Of a stretch of 64,000 nt of DNA, positions 59,501-64,000 are shown piece after piece; the first letter of the stretch is position 1, and each line of letters opens with the position of its first letter. The notes under the pieces are model-generated. The model was not told the origin of the DNA and did no database searches. It was given only the letters and a program-made list of their open reading frames with translations. The stretch comes from Euglena gracilis. Taxonomy: Eukaryota. The position numbers and the translations under genes are program-made. The stretch covers positions 31,644,012 through 31,708,011 of the forward strand of contig CP154954.1 in the NCBI GenBank assembly GCA_039621445.1, read 5' to 3'.

Positions 59501-62500
59501 TGCCGAATATATGGCTTACCGTGGCTTGAGGGGCCCCGCCGGCAAGCCGGTATATGATGTTGCTGGCAGATGTAGGCAGCCTTGGGATTGCAGAGGGAGG
59601 GACCACCTTGCCAAACACTGTTGTTGAAGACGACGATGGCTTGGAATAGAGGAGGGTAATCCCGGGCATGAAAAACAAACCTTTTAGCTTTGGTTGTAAA
59701 GTGCGGGATTCACGTCAGAATATCATATTTCGTGCAAGCTTTCGGGAATTTTGCTCCTTTTCAGACACTAAAGTCAGTGTGCTTGATCCCGAATGATGAC
59801 AACACAGAAAAGGGAGTCAATCCATTTTTGTCCCCGGATAGTTTCCCCTCCAAGAAACTCTTCGCCGAGAGTGGGAGCGCCATTCATTTGACCAATCGCT
59901 CAAGGGGGTTGGACAATAGGAGAATTGTTTTTAATGCTATTGTCGTGGCGTCTTTTGGTCTCAATGGCGACAGTAAGGTGAGTATGGCTTGCCTAAATCC
60001 ATGAATTGTGGATGAGGTTGTTGCTGCCTTTTCTTGAAAAGAGGCATTTATTACCCATTGACACGCTGAAGACAATGTTCGACAACATCCGAGAAAGCGG
60101 ACAACAAGGCATACAATGGGAAGTATTCCAACGTCCAAATGATGTATTGTTGGTGACACACGAAATGTGTTGCTACAACTACCAGAATTTCTTCAACGAA
60201 CACCACAGTTCTCATTCTCAAGTGGTCGGAATCTCCCTGACCTACCAACAAAAATTCGTCATTTGTTACATCCACTGCCACCACAAGTGCCCCGTGGACT
60301 TCTGAGGCTTTGGAGTGCACGGTCGGACCACCAACCGCCCAAACACACAAAGGGCGCAGCCCACCAACGCGAATGGCGGAGGTCCAACAACAACGACAGC
60401 TACTGGGACGCATGTGCCTCGAGGTTGGAGAAATAGGCTACGCCGGACGAAACCACCGACAAATGCTTCTGCATATGCAGACCTACCAATGGAGGGCATG
60501 AATATGGAGAGATTGTAATTTTATAATTTGTTCAATCCAAGGCAACCACTGCAAGCAGAATACCTTCCTCTTCGACACAAATGCGACGAAGAAGTACCTG
60601 AAGAGCCTGTTCGGAGAAACCCTCCGAAGGGAAGACTTTGCCCCATTTTTCAAGCTAAAACGTACAAATAAGAATGGGTGAGCCATCCCGATATTGGACT
60701 GGTTTCCTTGCGGTTCAGGAGAACAAATTTTTGTCGGATAGCAAAGTCTCCGTCTACGACACCGTAAAAAACTTCTTCAACGTAAGCTGGCGGAGTGTGA
60801 AGCAGCGCAGTGTGCAGCTGAACAAGAACCTACAACGGATGCGTCATCCACAACAACAACAAAAAAAAGAGCAGCGAAGTCTGCAAGCAAACCTCGGAAG
60901 AGCGTTTGCACCGCCTCCACTCACACTTACAATCCCTGTTGAACATACCCCCGTACATTTGTCGGACTCTTCTTCTGTTTCGTCTTCCGAAATGGAAGAA
61001 GTGACGGAAAACGAACAGAGCACACGCACAGTCTGCTCCGTGTCTGCTAAGTATGAACGCGGAGAGGACAGCACACAACATGTCTTAAGGGACGAAGTGG
61101 CCTGCTACGGCACGACCTCAAACACCGTTACCAGACGCAGAACCCGACGCGCCTACAGAACTCACGATGGCCGAAGTGCCTGCAAACCGTACAATGGCCG
61201 CAGTGCCTGGACGGATACTGCCCCACCACCATCCACACGTGAAGAAAATGGACGAGACACGGAAGCAACCGACAGAGGTGTAATTGTGTTAAACCAACTG
61301 ACTGCACGATGACAACACGAAGCCATGTACAGCGTCCTTGCGGACCCGGACGACCTCATAATTACACAATCCAAAGTTGGGACGCGCCGCAGAACGTGTC
61401 CTGCCAAGCGTCCTAAGTGGCGTAGCCTCGATGATCGCAATGGTGAAGTCGAGGTCTTCGTCATCAACGCGGAGTCACCGTGACACGACACTTGGTGAAC
61501 AAGCCATACAAGAAGCTCCGGCTTCGACTTCGGCCAGGTTGCCTACTGCTGTACAAACTGCTGTCGAAACACACAAAGTGGTGACAACAACCGTATCGAC
61601 TACGGTCAAAACAGCCCCACCACATGACACAATACCCATAGTGGTACACACACCTGAACAGGTGGTACCGAGGGCTGCTGACGTACCATTCCCCACTACA
61701 CCAACAGCCAAACTTGCTCCTAAAAAGACTTCTGCGGAACGCCCCCTTCCGCCACAACGAAAAGTAAACCTAAGTCTAAACCACACCCTGCAGAACCGTG
61801 CAAACATACCGAACGACACAATGAACCAAAGTCTCCTCCTCCTACTGGGAGTGGTAGCAAACCAGGAAAGCGGGCGAAGACCCCAGCCCGTACCACACCA
61901 GCACCAACTTACGCTGAAGTGACCGGGAAAAGAGGTGTCACTACTACCCTCCGTGGTAGATCACGACAAGATACAACCTCTCAAAACCTCGCAAGAGGAT
62001 AACGTGACGTTTGACTAGGATGCGGATGCCTTCTTGTGGCAGGAGGACATCATCTGCATCCTGCCATGGAAAGACGCGTTGCTCTGATACAATCATCCCG
62101 CGAAAGCCGTAATTTTGTTGGACAGGTGGATTGAGCTTCTGTTCTTCAACGACCAGAAATGGAACTACTATGTTCGCCATGTTTGGCGTTTCTACAGTGC
62201 CATTTCGCCAAGGGTGTTTGCCCAGTACTCTGGGGAAACATTTCTTTTGACAATAGGACGGATGGCCAAATTATCAGGCTCTGTACAGTTTGTCACAACA
62301 TCCGTAACAGCGCTCTGGCTGTGCACGTCCGTTAAGCGAACACCAAAAGTAAAACATTTCACCACAACGTTTTTGTTCCAAACACAGCCGCATTCATCTG
62401 CGGTGACTGTCTCCTTGCTTGGGGACAATTGAAAAACTGTCGATGGTCGGAAGAGGAACGAGCCCGTGACGTACCGGTTTTCTGTGTCAACTGCCTACGG

Positions 62501-63152
62501 GCAGACATATGGTTGCCCGCAGGTGGCAGAAATCTCAAGGCCGCACCCTGAAGCGAGGAAATTCTAGAAGGTTCCTTGAATTACTTCAAAAAAACCGACA
62601 GATGTAACTACACAAAAGATTCAAGAAAGTTGAGCCCCTTGAGCGCAGCGGAATCGCCTTTGACTTCCAAACTGATTCCGGCGGAATCAGACTTGCTGTG
62701 TAATGTACAAAAGGGCGATTGCCCCTACTTTTTAATGCCGACTACTGGAAACCAGTCATTTATCCTTTATTCATAAAGGAGACCACTGTCTCGCAAACAA
62801 CGCGACCTTGGTTACTCCCTGACTACCCACCAGAACGACGTGGTTATAAATATTTTTTTCGGAAAGAGTTGGCTCCATTCTGAAACCACACGTCACCTGC
62901 TGTGCCTGTGCGTCCCGCTCGCACAACGTTGATTTCAACGTTCTTCCTGGGATGCCACCAAAGGTGCCAGCAAACCATCCAAGATGGAACTACTACATAT
63001 GGCCTGCAACTTTTCTGAGAGTTCCATGGAAAAATTTGCAGATTTTCCTTCATAAGCGAGCTGAAACACTAAAAACTGAACTACCAAAGGAAATCCAAGA
63101 AGTCAAAAGCTCGGTTATCCCAGGGATCGTCATGGACGATCCTGATAAGAAT

Positions 63153-63759
63153 CCAGACCTGCGTCCAATGGAGATGACCTTGATAACAGACCAAGACATG
63201 GGTAGGTACTTCAAAGAAACCCGCAAACGCTGAGGGTTCCCTGCCGTGTACACTCAGGCATGGCTGAAATGAGCAGCGTCCCACAGAATGAGCAATACGC
63301 ATGTCATCATCGCCTTCAACTGCGTTTTAAGAATGTGCGGCAGAATCCCCTTAAGTGTGGTCGATAACATGGTTGATGTCAAAGAGTCAAGGCTACAAAG
63401 ACACTACGGTGTCAGTAAGAATACGCACAAAGCACAGCACTCGTGATAAGTACCCCAGACCTCTGTCCAATGGAGGTGACCTTGGTACAAGACCCTGACA
63501 TTGGTAGGTTCTTCAAGGAAACCCGCAAACGCTGAGGGTTCCATGCCGTGTACACTCAGCCACGGCTGAAATGAGCGGCGTCCCACATAATGAACGAGTT
63601 CTCGAGCGTGAATACGCATTTCATCGTCGCCTTCAACTCCTTTTGTAGACTATGCGGCGGAATCTCCTTAAGTGTGGTTGATAACACGTTGATCTCCAAG
63701 GGTCAAGTCTACAAAGACACAACGGTGTCAGTAAGAATACGCACAAAGCACAACACTCG
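63153..63759 (+). repeat. Diverged tandem duplication of about 300 bp (63153-63443, 63455-63759)
   Basis: Both units run CCAGACCT..GTCCAATGGAG ... GTAAGAATACGCACAAAGCACA.CACTCG. Confidence 0.85.
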
Positions 63760-64000
63760 CGCCAGAATTCTTTTGTGCTTTCCCCCGCAAACTCGTTAAC
63801 CGTAATTTGGAAGCAGAGTATCCTGGTACTGTATCTCTTAACCTGGGACTGTGCCTTGCATCCAGACTGGCCGGGTCCGAAAAGGTAAATTAGGAAGAGC
63901 CCTGGAAGGGGGATGTGTACCAGGCTGACATTCTGCCTTGGCACTGTGTACCAGATACCATAGGCTACGTCCTACAAACTGGCAACGGCCGGGCCGTGCA

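Noticed and set aside
63228-63275. TGA reassignment suggested by TGAs shared between the two duplicate units
   Set aside because: Explained by CGA>TGA changes before duplication. The host gene ends in TGA.

Overview
Eukaryotic (probably protist) genomic DNA, almost entirely nested transposable elements around one clear host gene. That gene is a Stm1/SERBP1/HABP4-family RNA-binding protein at 14223-15342 (308 aa, four 46-49 nt GT-AG introns), which the ORF track fragments. Positions 1-13239 are a recent tandem duplication (about 6.07 kb unit) carrying a decayed CRE-clade non-LTR retrotransposon, whose RT is broken by short internal inversions, and hAT MITEs. Copy 2 alone holds a 1.65 kb insert of two TA-flanked palindromic elements, one encoding a Crypton-like tyrosine-recombinase N-terminal domain plus a PHD finger. 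Two young, structurally intact but pol-less LTR elements follow. An 8.2 kb element has a tRNA-iMet PBS, repeated LTR-end/PBS cassettes, an approximately 1060-1170 aa TM- and Q/P-repeat ORF and a 203/220 bp array. A 2.8 kb element has identical LTRs, a Tf1-style self-priming site and a His/Gly-repeat ORF ending in a methyltransferase-like half domain. Further right lie a decayed DIRS element (RT, RNase H, adenine-MTase, YR), an older LTR family, scrambled chromovirus (Ty3/gypsy) debris, Merlin-like and Tc1-like MITEs, and unassigned degenerate coding-like DNA. All family calls come from motif recognition by eye; no database searches were run.
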